Part shown: positions 40,475 to 54,738 of the stretch, piece by piece | Layout of the letters: the number at the start of each line of letters is the position of its first letter | How positions within the stretch are numbered: the stretch's first letter is position 1 | Origin: Octopus vulgaris | Taxonomy: Eukaryota | Direction of reading: 5' to 3' | Length of the DNA: 64,000 nt | Assembly: GCA_951406725.2 (NCBI GenBank) | Contig: OX597823.1 | Location: 12,586,001-12,650,000 of the forward strand | Program-made: the position numbers and the translations under genes | Notes under the pieces: generated by a model | The model's input: only the letters and a program-made list of their open reading frames with translations | Database searches by the model: none | Told to the model about the DNA's origin: nothing

Positions 40475-40809
40475 ACTCTACCATACACTACAAGCTTCCA
40501 TATACACTCTATTCCCCAAATTTCCAACCGCACTAATGCAATACTTCCTGCATTCATAGACCCTTTTCAATTGTCCCTAACAACATTCTTGATATCAATC
40601 TCCGTATTTTCATTTAAAATTTCCTTTACCTTATTAAAAATGCTTTTTTACACGTGCAGGTGACATTGAAAGAATGTTGAGATAATTAAACCTAGAGAAT
40701 AGTGTACAACACAAAAACAATGGCATAGAAATACGATGATGAAAATGTTTATGTGAGGTATGTTTTGGGGTGTGAGTGAATGTATATATTTGTGGGTGTC
40801 TGTGTATGC

Positions 40810-40858
<49 letters not shown>

Positions 40859-41071
40859 TATATATGAATATATATATATATATGTATAATCATATATATA
40901 TAATCATATATATATATATATACACACACAAACATATATATATATATATATATATGAATGAAACAGTACTAGTCCTGTAGAATCTCCTTCTATAAATATA
41001 ATATATATATATATATATATTTATATTTATGGAAATAACAATATACATGCAAAGATACACATATATATTAA

Positions 41072-41116
<45 letters not shown>

Positions 41117-41589
41117 GCGTGTATGATAAAATCAATTGGTTGATCTCATTAAGCGTGAAGTTAGCAATGAGTAACCTATCTTTGACAGTTACGCGTGTGT
41201 TTATGGACTATATATTTCAACTATCAGAGAACACACTAAAATATTCAGCTGCAATATTTCAATAGAATTTCATTTCAATTAGAAATTAATTGTTTCACTT
41301 TAATTAAAACGCAATAATTTTTTTTTTGAGAAAACTAATAGCTTTAATTTATTCTTTTAGTTCTAGCATAATAGCATATTTCTTTCTAAAGGAAGAAACA
41401 AGCACTTAGTGAATCAGTGACTTGTTATACATATATGTGCATATAATCTTCATCTATATACAGAGTTACGAAAATATACATATTGCACGTTTATAAACTT
41501 GTACCAAAGAAGGCACCTGTCATGTTAACCGAAAATACTAGAAAGTGCAAAGCCGTATCTCTGTTATTATAATCTAACATGGTTGTACA

Positions 41590-41962
41590 TAGGCGTAGGC
41601 GTGGCCGTGTGGTAAGAAGCTTGCTTCCCAAGAGTATGGTTCCGGGTTTAGTCCCACTGCCTGATATCTGGGGCAAGTGATACATTCTACTATAACCTCG
41701 GGCCGATCAAAGCCTTGTGAGCGGATTTTGTACACGGAAACTGGAGAAGCCCATTATATGTATATGTGTAGATATATATATATACTATTTAAAAATAGGA
41801 TAAAATATTTATAAGAATTTATCAAATAGTTAGCGTGGAAATCCTCATGAAAGAAAAATCCACCAATTTTTTCTCTTAAATACATTTATTTACATTATAT
41901 AGAGGGCAATACTATACATAAATGCTACACGGTAGTGTTTATTTATTTTGGTAGTTTTGACG

Positions 41963-42016
<54 letters not shown>

Positions 42017-42190
42017 GGTATCTCTACGTCCCTGTAACTCAGCGGTTCGGCAAAAGAACCTGATAGAATAAGTACAAGGCTCACAAGCAATAAGTTCTGG
42101 TGTCAATTACTTCCACTAAAACCATTTAAGGCGGTACTGCAGCATGACCGACCTCAGTCAAATGACAAAAAAGAAGTAAACGAAAAAGAA
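41590..42190 (+). mobile_element. SINE family B with a ~180-bp foreign insert (41784-41964) in its TA spacer
   Basis: Head and tail match other copies; the insert begins like the island at ~14131 (AATAGGATAA.A.TTT...TATCAA...TAGC). Confidence 0.8.
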
Positions 42191-43637
42191 AATAACATGT
42201 TAAATATATAATTTAATGTCGTCTATTTTCACTCTGTGTTTGAATGAAGGATTATACGTGCAAGGTTGGAACATGTTTGATCCTTGGTCTGCTTTTATTA
42301 GAATTGTCCATGTTTATTTTATTAAAAATCGACTTTAATCAGAGAATGAAGAGTAACTCTTATGACCTTTTGGAAATATATAGAGCTTTCGAGATTGTAG
42401 GGAGAAAGATATCTTCATGTAAGTTGGGCACAATGTTTTCAACAGAGTGTTTTCCTTAAAGAAAATCCATGAGCTTTGTGGTGATGATAAAACCCTGTAA
42501 TAAAGTATCATGTCTGCAAAACGAGAATAATCTCAGAATATTGCCTCCCAAAATTCTTCTACAGTATTTTGGTATACTCAAGACATTATACAACGTATTT
42601 CGCACTTGTCATTTTCCCCTAGATAACGTAGTCAACCGCATTGAGAGTACTTCATCCCACAGACAATTTGGTGACCAAGTATGTTAATGTATACAACAAT
42701 AATATGCTTTCACACCACATAATCCAGCAAACATACAAAGGTCAATGATTGATACTCAGGTATAATGTGTGTGTGTGTGTATATATATATATACATATAC
42801 GCTTATCAACTGACTGACTAAAATTCAGTTGCTCCGAACTACTGTAAGATTCTGAGAGAAAAGGACAAATGAAAGGAGACAACAAAAATTTTCTATTTAT
42901 AGAGATAGGGGTGAAAGAGACGTCAAAGTTCCATATAAAGAACTGTATGTAGAGAAAAGGATTGTCACACTACAATACCAATTACTACTATTTTGTAAAC
43001 AGATTTGGCATTAGGAGAACTAGGTTAATGTCAAATGGTTATAATGACACTCACAGAGAATGCAGAGATTTTATAAAACTAATATACATCAACATTATAA
43101 TCAGCTTATAGGTTCTGAGTACTTTGATACGTTGGATTAAAGGAAAATACATAGATCTAAAATTTATTCAATTTAGAGAAAAGTCTATCACTTATTATGA
43201 GTAGGCATAATACTTATTAACTGGGCGGAAAAAAGTTTTATTGATCAAGTGAATATATTAGGGGTTCAGAATATATACTAGGAAAAATGGAAGAGGAGAA
43301 ATCAAAGAAGAAAGGTATTCGTAGGTTTAGTAGAAGGTGATTCAATAATATGAAGAGAGGTAATTTTAAAACTGTTGTAATACTTACAACATTTAATAAA
43401 ATGATGTAGTGCGAAACGATCGTACAGAATTACCGAAGTTATTCTTGTTGCTTATTTTGATTATGATTACCCCATGGATTTATATGGATAACACCATTTT
43501 CTGGTGAAAAATAAGTGTTGTATTAAATATATATAAATATATAAATATAAATATGTATAAAAATATATGTAAATATGTATAAGTATAAATATATAATGTA
43601 TATGACAGTTTAAAAGTTTTGAATTAAATATTTAAAG

Positions 43638-43728
43638 CATCTTACGATCGTTTCACAGAAGAGTTCTCCCTATAATGAATCCTATATTGATAAGCATTTA
43701 TAGACAACGCTTCTGTTCTTCAGGGATA
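43638..43728 (-). ncRNA. Type I hammerhead-like motif
   Basis: Minus strand: TATCC-CTGAAGA-ACAGAAG...CTTCTGT-GAAA-CGATCG-TA-AGATG. Perfect 7-bp helix II, palindromic ACGATCGT, GUA triplet, one mismatch at the base of helix I. Confidence 0.7.
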
Positions 43729-43871
43729 TAAAATTTGAATTCTGTCGAATGATTTAAAAAAAAAATTGAAGTAAAACTATAAAATAGTGTTTGTTTGAAA
43801 GATAGATTAAAAGTAAAAAATTAATACTTTTGATGAGAGTCATATGTATAGATGAGAGTATATATATATAC

Positions 43872-43928
<57 letters not shown>

Positions 43929-43930
<2 letters not shown>

Positions 43931-44075
43931 GACAACAAGCAGATGAATAAGTATGACGCTTGGGAAGTGAAAAAGTCTTTAACGTTTCGATCCTACGGTC
44001 TTCCACAGAAAGGAACACAGAAAGAAACAAAGAGAGGAAATAAAGAATGTGTAGTGGTTAGCGATCTATCATGGC
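43929..44075 (-). mobile_element. Solo pLTR-like repeat (same family as ~17290-17430) with a minimal hammerhead-like motif at 43977-44012
   Basis: Minus strand CCTTTCTGTGGAAGACCGTAGGATCGAAACGTTAAAGAC; ends in (TA)n. Confidence 0.7.
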
Positions 44076-44139
44076 GACACACACATACACGCACGTATCT
44101 ACATACGCACACACACACATGCGCAAACATTATTGTCAA

Positions 44140-44665
44140 ATTTGTTATTCTTATTAATGGTAACAATATCGTTACTTTTATTACAATTATTATCATCGTT
44201 AATACCACTATTGTTTTTCAGTTCAACGGTTTTGATAAATCGATAGATTACATTTTCTATCGGATCACAAGCCCCTCTTTCTTGCTAGGAAGGGCCTCCC
44301 AAACTTTTCATATTATTCTTATACTGTACTGAGGAATTTCAGGATAATTCTTGCTGACACAAGTAAATAACTTTTCTACACTGCACCCACTATCAGATTA
44401 CGATCTAACTTTTGAAGATATATTCTCAAATTCCTTGAGGCTGTTCTTAATGACCCAATGATACTTGGTAGGATCATGACCGTAATAACTTCTTTGAATC
44501 AGCATTTGATAATTTCATACTTCAAGCAGATATTTTATACTGAGTTTTCTTTTACTTGATTCTGCTATCAAATCGGCTTGTCACGGTAGTTGAGAGATAT
44601 ACCTTCTTCTTATCAGCGTCAACAATATCCAGTTTGTTATGCACTATTCCCTTATTGACTTATGT
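44140..44665 (-). mobile_element. Old R4/Dong-like 3' fragment (REL endonuclease C-terminus) with decayed (TAA)n tail
   Basis: Minus-strand IVHNKLDIVDADKKK...FDSRIK, LKYEIIKC*...ILPSIIGSL...YLQKL...KSYLLVSARIILKFL, paralleling the element at 879-2049. Confidence 0.65.
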
Positions 44666-44727
44666 AGGGAAGTCACATACGAACCTCATAATAAAGAAAT
44701 TATTATCATTATTAATGTTATAATTAT

Positions 44728-45371
44728 GGCGGCGAGCTGGCAGAAACGTTAGCACGCTGGGCGGGATGCTTAGTGGTATTTTGTCTACCGCTACGTTCTG
44801 AGTTCAAATTCCGCCGAGGTCGACTTTGCCTTTCATCCTTTCGTGGCCGATTAAATAAGTACCAGTTACGCACTGGAGTCTATATAATCGACTTAATCCG
44901 TTTGTCTGTCCTTGTTTGTCCTCTCTGTGTTTAGTGCCTTGTGGGTAGTAAAGAAATAAGTATTTCGTCTGTCGCTACGTTCTGAATTCAAATTCCACCG
45001 AGGTCAACTTTGCCTTTCATTATTTTGGGTTCGATTAAATAAGTGCCAGTAACACACTTGGCTCGATGTACTCGACTTAATCCCCTCCCTCAAATTCGAG
45101 GCATCTGCTTCCAGTAGAAAAACTATTAATGTTATTATTATGATTATTGTTATTTTAAGGCGGCGAGCTGGCGGAATCGTTATTAGGCCGGGCAAAATGT
45201 TTAGTGGTATTTCGTCAGTTTCTACGTTCTGAGTTTAAATTTCGGTGAGGTCGACTTTGCCTATCATCCTTTCGGGGCTCGATATAATAATAAGCAGCTG
45301 AACATGGGAGTCGAAGTTATCGACTTATCCCCTCCCCCAAATTGCTGGCCTTGTAGCAAATATTTGAAACA
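44728..45371 (+). mobile_element. Cluster of SINE family A copies (dimer plus monomer)
   Basis: Heads at ~44728 and ~45159; repeated cores. Confidence 0.88.
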
Positions 45372-45395
45372 ATTATTATTATTATTATTATTATT

Positions 45396-45847
45396 GAGTG
45401 AGAGTGCAGCGCATTCCATCAAAGTGACACTGGGGTAAAATATACGAAGTCCAGTATATCCACTATGACTAACCGTCTGAAAAGGGTACACCAGGCACAT
45501 GCATCACAACTATATATGCGCAGCACTGTGATCTCATATCAAGATAAACTGCACATGACCTTCTAGGTGTTGCTCAGTTAAAATTTTCTTCAGGTCGAGT
45601 AGCCCATCCCACTCAAATGATCTTTGAATAAAGTTTGCTTAAGTCTGATATATAAAATAAATACATGTTTCCAGAGGTGAATTATTCCAAGAAAAAATAT
45701 TTCCTCTCAACACATGGCAACGATGCTCCTCAACTACTTCTGCTCGTGATCACATGCACGTATCGTCAGCCGCTAATGGACATGCTCAACTGGTTAAGGT
45801 CAAGTAAATGACAAGCAGATCTGTGATATTGAGCAGAATATTTGCTG
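45396..45847 (-). mobile_element. Copy of the TAA-associated non-coding element (5'-truncated)
   Basis: Reverse complement matches ~4315-4767; (TTA)n at 45372-45395. Confidence 0.8.
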
Positions 45848-46019
45848 CGTGGTAAGAAGTTTACTTTCTCGCCACATGGTTTCGGATTGAGTGTGATTTG
45901 AAGCTTGACTGAACCCAGAGCAACATAGTTCCGTGTTCAGTTCAACTATCTGTCACTTTGGACATCAGTCTTCTACTATAGCTAGGAGCCAGTGAAAGGT
46001 TTGTGGTTGGATTGAGTAG

Positions 46020-46253
46020 GCGGCGAGCTGGCAGAAACATTAGCGCGCCCGACGAAATGCTGAGCGGTATTTCGTCTGCGTTCAAATTAGTTCTGAGTTC
46101 AAATTCTGCCGAGGTCGACTTTGCCTTTCATCCTTTCGGGGTCGATAAATTAAGTACCAGTTACGCACTGGGGTCGATGTAATCGACTTAATACCTATGT
46201 CTGTCTTTGTTTGTCCCCTCTATGTTTAGCCCCTTGTGGATAATAAAGAAATA
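46020..46253 (+). mobile_element. SINE family A inserted in an old family B copy (~45848-46585)
   Basis: 15-bp TSD GGTTGGATTGAGTAG at 46005-46019 and 46254-46268. Confidence 0.92.
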
Positions 46254-46296
46254 GGTTGGATTGAGTAGACGAAATTGAAAAAAAGACCGTTGTACA

Positions 46297-46337
<41 letters not shown>

Positions 46338-46699
46338 GCACAAACATACACACACATATATATTTGAGCATGTGTGTATATGTCTTTGTGTATCCTCTCC
46401 TCCGCTTCACAGCCAGGATTGCTGCTGTGTTTACGGTTCCATAACTTAATGGTCGATGTAGCAAAGGCGATCTCTAGAACAACCACCGTTCCTAAAAAAA
46501 AAAAAAATCTGGTGTCGATCGAATCGACTAAAAATCCTTCGAAGCCGTGCCCCAACATGACGGTTGTCTAATGACTACAACGAATAAAATATTTACCAAT
46601 ATACTTTATATATGTTATCCAAATAATAAGACAAAAAAGAAATCCTTTAATACATCGTTCGTTATAATTCTTTTTGTAACAAATCTGCTTACAATGCCA

Positions 46700-46926
46700 T
46701 TTTACGTAATACTTGAAGATGGGGTTTACTTCCCGGGTAGGTTTCTCAGGTGTCCCAGTTGAACCAACTTCACGGCAGGAGGTGCAGATGAGGGCAGCTG
46801 CATCGAACTCTCTCATGCACCGGATGGCTATTGCTAAAAAGCATTCGTGAAGTAAAATCATGTAGCAACACCAAATGGCGGTGCCCCAGCATGGCCACAG
46901 CTTGTGAGCTGAAACTAACATAAAAA
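46700..46926 (+). mobile_element. Retroelement 3' end sharing its terminal motif with SINE family B
   Basis: Ends GGCGGTGCCCCAGCATGGCCACAGCTTGTGAGCTGAAACT; upstream sequence is unrelated to the SINE body. Confidence 0.55.
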
Positions 46927-47225
46927 TGTGTTAAAGGACTTTTTATTATATTATTTAGATTATAGTTTACTCAAAGCTACACCCACACAACAGTTTTACC
47001 GACGAGAAAGCAAGATTTTCTAAACGTGAAGAATTTCGCTGTTAAGGGGCTATTTTAACTCGGATTAAGTGGCTATCTGGAAATACCCTATTTTTATACT
47101 CTACGAGGGCCTATATATCTATGTATATACGTGCTTGTACATGTATGTATCCATATGGATGTGTATATATACGTGATTATATACATATAGAAAACTACAC
47201 GTACTTATATACATATGCACCTGCC

Positions 47226-47265
<40 letters not shown>

Positions 47266-47305
47266 CTTATATACATACATATATATACATATATAAATAC
47301 ATATC

Positions 47306-47393
<88 letters not shown>

Positions 47394-47799
47394 CATATAT
47401 ACATATACATATATACATACATATATGTATGTATCAACATAGGAACAAATAGGGAAGAATAATTTACAGCATTATATTTGAATACATTTGAAGACCAAGA
47501 GAAAAACACCTTTGAAAAATTTGTTTTAAATAACAGGAAGTGTCTCATCAACAGACTTGAATGGGAGTCAAACGAGATGCGAGCAAAGCTACACAACAAC
47601 TTAGGAATTAAAGAACAAGAATAACGTATTCATAACAAACATTGAATCTGTAATCTCTTTCAGTCGTATATCAAGCAATAGCTTACAACACAAGAAGAAC
47701 TAACACACAAGAAAAACAAAAACAAAAGGAAAAAAACACCAAAGCAAAGCTAAAATATAGTTATAGTTACATACATGATTTGTTTACTACGAATGTAAT

Positions 47800-49235
<1,436 letters not shown>

Positions 49236-50422
49236 TCAATTGTAAATGAGTTCTTTAAATAGTCTAAAATTTATCACTAGAATGCTAAAAGAAGAAGCGA
49301 GTAACGAACACAGAAAATAACATGCACGATAATAAAAGGAAATACGTATGTATATATTTAAGTATAATTTGAAGGTCAAGGGTTTATCTGCAGAGGAATT
49401 TGAAATTTATTTGAGCAGATTACTCACTGGTATTAACTGCTGTAATCTTGAGTTTGGAATACTTGTGGGGGTGTTTTCCAATCTCATATACATATATAGA
49501 TATATATTTACTTTTTCTTTGTAAAAACAAACGATCGTTTCATCCCTGCCATTATATTGAATATCTAATCCTGTGATGGATTTTCAACATTCTGGGCAGA
49601 GTCCTTTAGTTGTTGTCTCATATCGTTTCCTCATGTACCTTTTCTGCGGTTTGCTTCCTTTTCAAAAACAAATTCTTCTTCATCTCGTTATTACCAAATT
49701 ATACACTTGCACATGAAAATCACTGTGTCTGTTTGCACCATTAAGAAAGCTTTTCTGAAGTACTTGAATAAAACCAACACCCTCAGGAACAAGCAGTTTC
49801 GTTTACACTGATTCGTGCCCGCTGCTGACATACTCAGAATCATGACTCATGACATATGTGGTGTATTGGAAAGAACTCTTGATCTTTGCTTGTAACTGCC
49901 TTCATAGCATTTTTGAGACAACTTCAAAAAGTTTGAGACAGCTTTTGAGAACATATAACCTACCTGTTTGCTTTAGTGAGGGAATTATCAATGGAATGTC
50001 TGGAATATGTTTTTCACAATGAAATCATTTCTAACATCAAATGTGCAAGCTGTTATCAATAACACACACACGCATATACACGCACGTGTACACAGACTTA
50101 CGCATGCGCATACATAGTATTAGAATCAGATTCGTACCTCATTTCTAAAAATATATTTTATAAGCGTTGGCACAAATTTATATCATTGTTCTAGCATTAG
50201 AAATCTTTATTAATTATTTTTTTGTGAATTAAAAAAATTAATTTCTCTCTTAATGATTCAAGACACATTGATTTGCTGATTTTACTCTGGCAGTAAACTA
50301 GTGATACAATTTTATTAATTGAAATTTAATTGATTTTATATACCGATATTGTGGGATTTAAATATCCTTTCACAGTTATCTAAATGAATCTTGAATTCCA
50401 AAGTATCGATGTACAAGTTTAT

Positions 50423-50552
<130 letters not shown>

Positions 50553-50913
50553 TACTTTATGTCTCGGTGTTTGGAGACTAAAATGACAAGAAAACGGTGG
50601 AAGAGTGGTATCTATCTCCACAAAGGAAAATTAGTCATTTTTAGGAGCGAAAATTGTGTCACTAGATAACTCGCTATGTTAAATCAGCAAATTAGTGTAT
50701 CTTAAATCATGTCTGCTATTAAAAGATAAATTAAATTCTTTAATTAGCAAAAAAGTAATTAATAATGATTTTTAATATTAGTAAAACACCACACATTTGT
50801 TAGGAAGCGTATAATCGATTTAATTGAGCGATAATTTTGAAAATTGACTCTTGAAGTGAAGAGATGCAGATATAGAATTTGTAGTACTTGAACTCAGAAT
50901 GTAGAGATACATG

Positions 50914-51617
50914 CAGCGCTGGGTTAACCATTAAGCAAAATAAGCACGTGCTTAGGGAATGAAAGGGAAGAAGGGGGCACTACAGAAATAGTAACTGGTT
51001 TATGGCACAAAGAAAATAATTTAATATTGCTAAAATAATATTCGGGATGCTTTTATCTCTACTAAGTATAGATGTATATGTGTTACCTAAGGTTAATTTT
51101 GAGGATCTGGTCAAAGACTTTGCAATTCAAAAATGTAGGAGGAAACTTTTCAAATAAAGTGGAAGTAGACAAAAATAAACATTACTTTCCATCTTACTGT
51201 TTCGTTTCGTTTTGAAAAATAAAAAATTATTTCATGGTTTGTATTTTGAATTACATAATCTTTTAATGGCTTAGGGCTTCGATGGGTCTTAATCCAGCCC
51301 TGAGGAGGCACACGGCCTAGTGGTTAGAGCAGCGGACTCGCGGTCGAAGGATCGCGGGTTCGAATCTCAGACCGGGTGATATGTGTGTTTATGAGCGAAA
51401 CACCTGAGCTCCACGCGGCTCCGACAGAAGGTAATGGCGAACTTCTGCTGACTCTCTCGCCACAACTTTCTCTCACTCTTTCCTCCTGCATCTTGCATCT
51501 CACCGGCGATGGACCGGCGTCCAGTCTAGGTGGGGACCATATACGCGAAGGAAACCGGGAAACCGGCCCTATGAGCCAGGCGTGGCTCGAGAAGGAACAA
51601 ACAACAATCCAGCCCTG
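50914..51617 (+). mobile_element. Non-autonomous hAT-type element carrying a SINE at its right TIR
   Basis: TIRs CAGCGCTGGGTTAA / TTAATCCAGCCCTG; perfect 8-bp TSD GATACATG at 50906-50913 and 51618-51625. Confidence 0.88.
51303..51605 (+). mobile_element. SINE family C (tRNA-Arg-like head), tail type 2
   Basis: GGCCTAGTGGTTAGAGCAGCGGACTCGCGG...GGTTCGAATCTC; 12-bp TSD AATCCAGCCCTG at 51291-51302 and 51606-51617. Confidence 0.92.
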
Positions 51618-52007
51618 GATACATGACTAAATACTGAAAAGCATACTGTCCATTACTCTACTGGTTCACTGAATAGTTTGTATTAATGATAAGTTCCAAC
51701 TTATGAGCATTCATTTGGGAAGACTGGTTTCATCGATTGCGTTGTCCTCTGAATTGTTCTGGTTCTTATTTTATCGATCCTGGCAGTTTAAAAGACAATG
51801 ATGACCTCCACTGTCTTTGAACCAAGGATATGAAGAGACGTAAATATTCCTCATCCTGGCTGGTTCTCCTGAGTAACTATTTACCCGACATGCGTAACGT
51901 CTGTTTTCAGTTCAAAGCTGCTGAAGCGTATACTTGCAGATACTTACACGTATACATCTACACAAAGAAATGTCATGGAAAACGTACAAAGCATGGGTAA
52001 TATGAGG

Positions 52008-52437
52008 AACTCTTTTCTCTTTTTTACTCTTTTACTTGTTTCAGTCATTTGACTGTGGCCATGCTGGAGCACCGCTTTAAGTCGAGCAACTCGACCCTGG
52101 GACTTATCCTTTGTAAGTCCAGTACTTATTCTATCGGTCTCTTTTGCCGAACCGCTAATTGACGGGGACATAAACACACCAGCATCGGTTGTCAAGCAAT
52201 GCTAGTGGGACAAACACAGACACACAAACATACACGCACACACACACACATATATATATATATATACATATATACGAGGGCTTCTTTCAGTTTCCGTCTA
52301 CCAAATCGACTCACAAGGCTTTGGTCGGCCCAAGGCTATAGTAGAAGGCACTTACCCAAGGTGCCACGCAGTGGGACGGAACCCGGAACCATGTGGTTGG
52401 TATGCAAACTAGTTACCACACAGCCACTCCTGCGCCT
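52008..52437 (-). mobile_element. SINE family B, full length
   Basis: Matches other copies. Confidence 0.92.
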
Positions 52438-52879
52438 GTACAAAGAGAAAAACTTGAATACATTGCTTGATTTTACGACAAGTGAACAACAATTTACATT
52501 TTGAAAATTGTAAAAGAAAAATGTAACTTATCCTAAATATTTCATATCGTTAATGTATAGAATCGACAAAAAGTTCTATTGTATTAAAAGGTTTCATATA
52601 TTTTCTTCTATGTCTCTCTATATATGATATTGTTTTGTTAGAAAACATTAAATTTGGTTGTTTAATTTTAACCATAAACGAGTGACCTACGATCAGTGGC
52701 ATTCAAGCCCTGGCCATCCAACATTGTTTTTGTGTGCAGTTGTACTGGCTGCTTTGATTTTACAGAAAATTGGTTTCTAGCAATTGAGAGGAACGATGGT
52801 TTGAAATTTTTTAAAGGTATTCATAGATTCACAGTAGTGGATCTATGAATGACATTGTGCAGCTTCAAACAATTAAGGC

Positions 52880-53240
52880 AAACTCCCCTAATCTTACGAC
52901 GATCATGAAGAACGCGGCGAAAATATAATGTTCAATGCAGCAATTTACCAGAGTTTTTATATGGCTCAACTGAATTATTCTCGCAGTAAAATTTATGGAA
53001 AGAATGGAAGAGTTATTAACATGGTGGGTGGAAGACTTGAACTAGAAAACATTCCATTGAGCCAAGCTGTCATTTGTGATAAGGCAATGTCTATTTTTAC
53101 TGAACTGAAGCAGAAACAGGGTGGAGATAAAATATTAACAGGTTGGAAGGGATCGTTTGTAAGCTATAAGAGTAATAATAAGTGTGTGCGATGTTAAGAT
53201 GCTAGTGAGAGAGTAAGTGCAGATAATGAAAGCGACTACT
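52880..53240 (+). pseudogene. pogo/Tigger-like transposase CENP-B HTH remnant
   Basis: MERMEELLTWWVEDL, frameshift, ENIPLSQAVICDKAMSIFTELKQKQGGDKILTGWKGSFVSYK. Confidence 0.75.
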
Positions 53241-54153
53241 GCATTCCTTACAGAATTCCAAGTCGCAACACAGAGTAGTAAATGTCAAAAGGATTCTATT
53301 TTCATTGTAAATGACGCATTAAATATATAGGTTTAAGTACCAACTTAAAGATGAAGAAATTGTAAGAGAGAGCTATAGTTATGATATGTGCACATATAAG
53401 TGAGTTGTGACAACCTCCAATTATATTTATGTTTGCAATTCATAATTTTAGTAGAAATTATTTGAGGAAGGTTAAGTTTTTGGAGAAAGCCTTTGATCCT
53501 GTGCGTTCGATAGTTTTTGCACTGATATTCTTCAAAAGAGGCTACATTTTGGAAATAGTTAAATACTCTGGTTTAGCACTGAACTTTCTACAACATGAGG
53601 GTCAGCTATATGTGTGAAATTGAGATGTAAGGCTAAATAATTTTATATACGGAAACGCACACACACACTCACACACATTTGAATGTGTGATTATTCAAAG
53701 AGAAAATATATCACATGGCCAGAACCTATAATACGTACATTGTAGATCTCTGTGTTTGCTCATGATTCGAACGTGGCCGAGAACATCATACTCGGTTAGA
53801 GTGTTTCAGATCTGCAATTATCTTTCCTACTTTTCATCTCAAAGTCTACGAAATATGGAATACTGATGAAATAAAAACATATCTTAGTCTAGTTGATCAC
53901 TGGTCTGCCCACCTTTGTTCCTTTGTTCCCCGACAATGCATTATTTGGTTTCTATTTGACATTTAACTTCCTTCACATACAGAATTGCTTTTATCAGTTT
54001 CAAACTCACTCAGTACCCCCCCACCTCTCTCCCTCTCTCTTTCTCTTTCTTTCTTTATCCTTTCTGTGTGCATTCATGTATGCATTCTACACATTTTCGT
54101 GTAATCATAATAAACATATAGGAATAGAGATGCGAATATACATATCTATCATG

Positions 54154-54154
<1 letters not shown>

Positions 54155-54250
<96 letters not shown>
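54155..54250. repeat. (TATC)n tetranucleotide microsatellite
   Basis: Directly visible. Confidence 0.97.
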
Positions 54251-54251
<1 letters not shown>

Positions 54252-54563
54252 CTATATATATACATATATATATATAATTATAATGAGTCATGATTACACG
54301 AGTGTATGTGCAATTAAGCGAGAAATTACTTACCAAGGTGAATTGGAGTAGGTGAATTGGAATTCAATGCTCAAGGTGGTTGAGTCACACCCTAAGTTTC
54401 AAGATTTGCTGCCTTAGACCACATTAATATAAACACTTGATTTCGAATACCTAACGCTCTCTCTCTCTCTCTCTCCATATATATTTCAATATGTGACCTC
54501 ATGAGTACCGCTGCCGATTTTTTTTCCTCTGTCTTCCCTTCTCGGGATCTTTCCTTCTCCTAT

Positions 54564-54598
54564 GTTTCCGACGAAGAGGTCCGCTCGAAATGTTAAAC
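54564..54598 (+). ncRNA. Minimal hammerhead-like motif (variant, probably decayed) in the TA-flanked island 54478-54703
   Basis: GTTT-CCGACGA-A-GAG-GTCCG-CTC-GAAA-TG-TT-AAAC. Confidence 0.5.
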
Positions 54599-54738
54599 CC
54601 TTCTTCTTCCCTTCTTTCCTGGGCGTCTAATAATACTTTATTTGTTCCACGTCCTCGCGTTGCAGTGTTTTTTTGCTTTTTTGTGTTTTCTTGTTTGGAT
54701 TAACTATATATATATATATATATACGTATATATATTTA

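Noticed and set aside
36250-42780. Possible very old RTE-like LINE fragments on minus (~37400-38100, ~39760-40620, ~42250-42700); similar CR1-like traces at ~56520-57350
   Set aside because: Only scattered motif-like residues among many stops; boundaries cannot be supported.
47420-47760. TA-adjacent island with TTGATGA and GAAA on minus
   Set aside because: Could not build hammerhead helices.
49540-50060. Possible hAT transposase remnant on minus (LQAKIKSSFQYTTYV...GFIQVLQKSF)
   Set aside because: Similarity too weak to call by eye; needs tBLASTn or HMMER.
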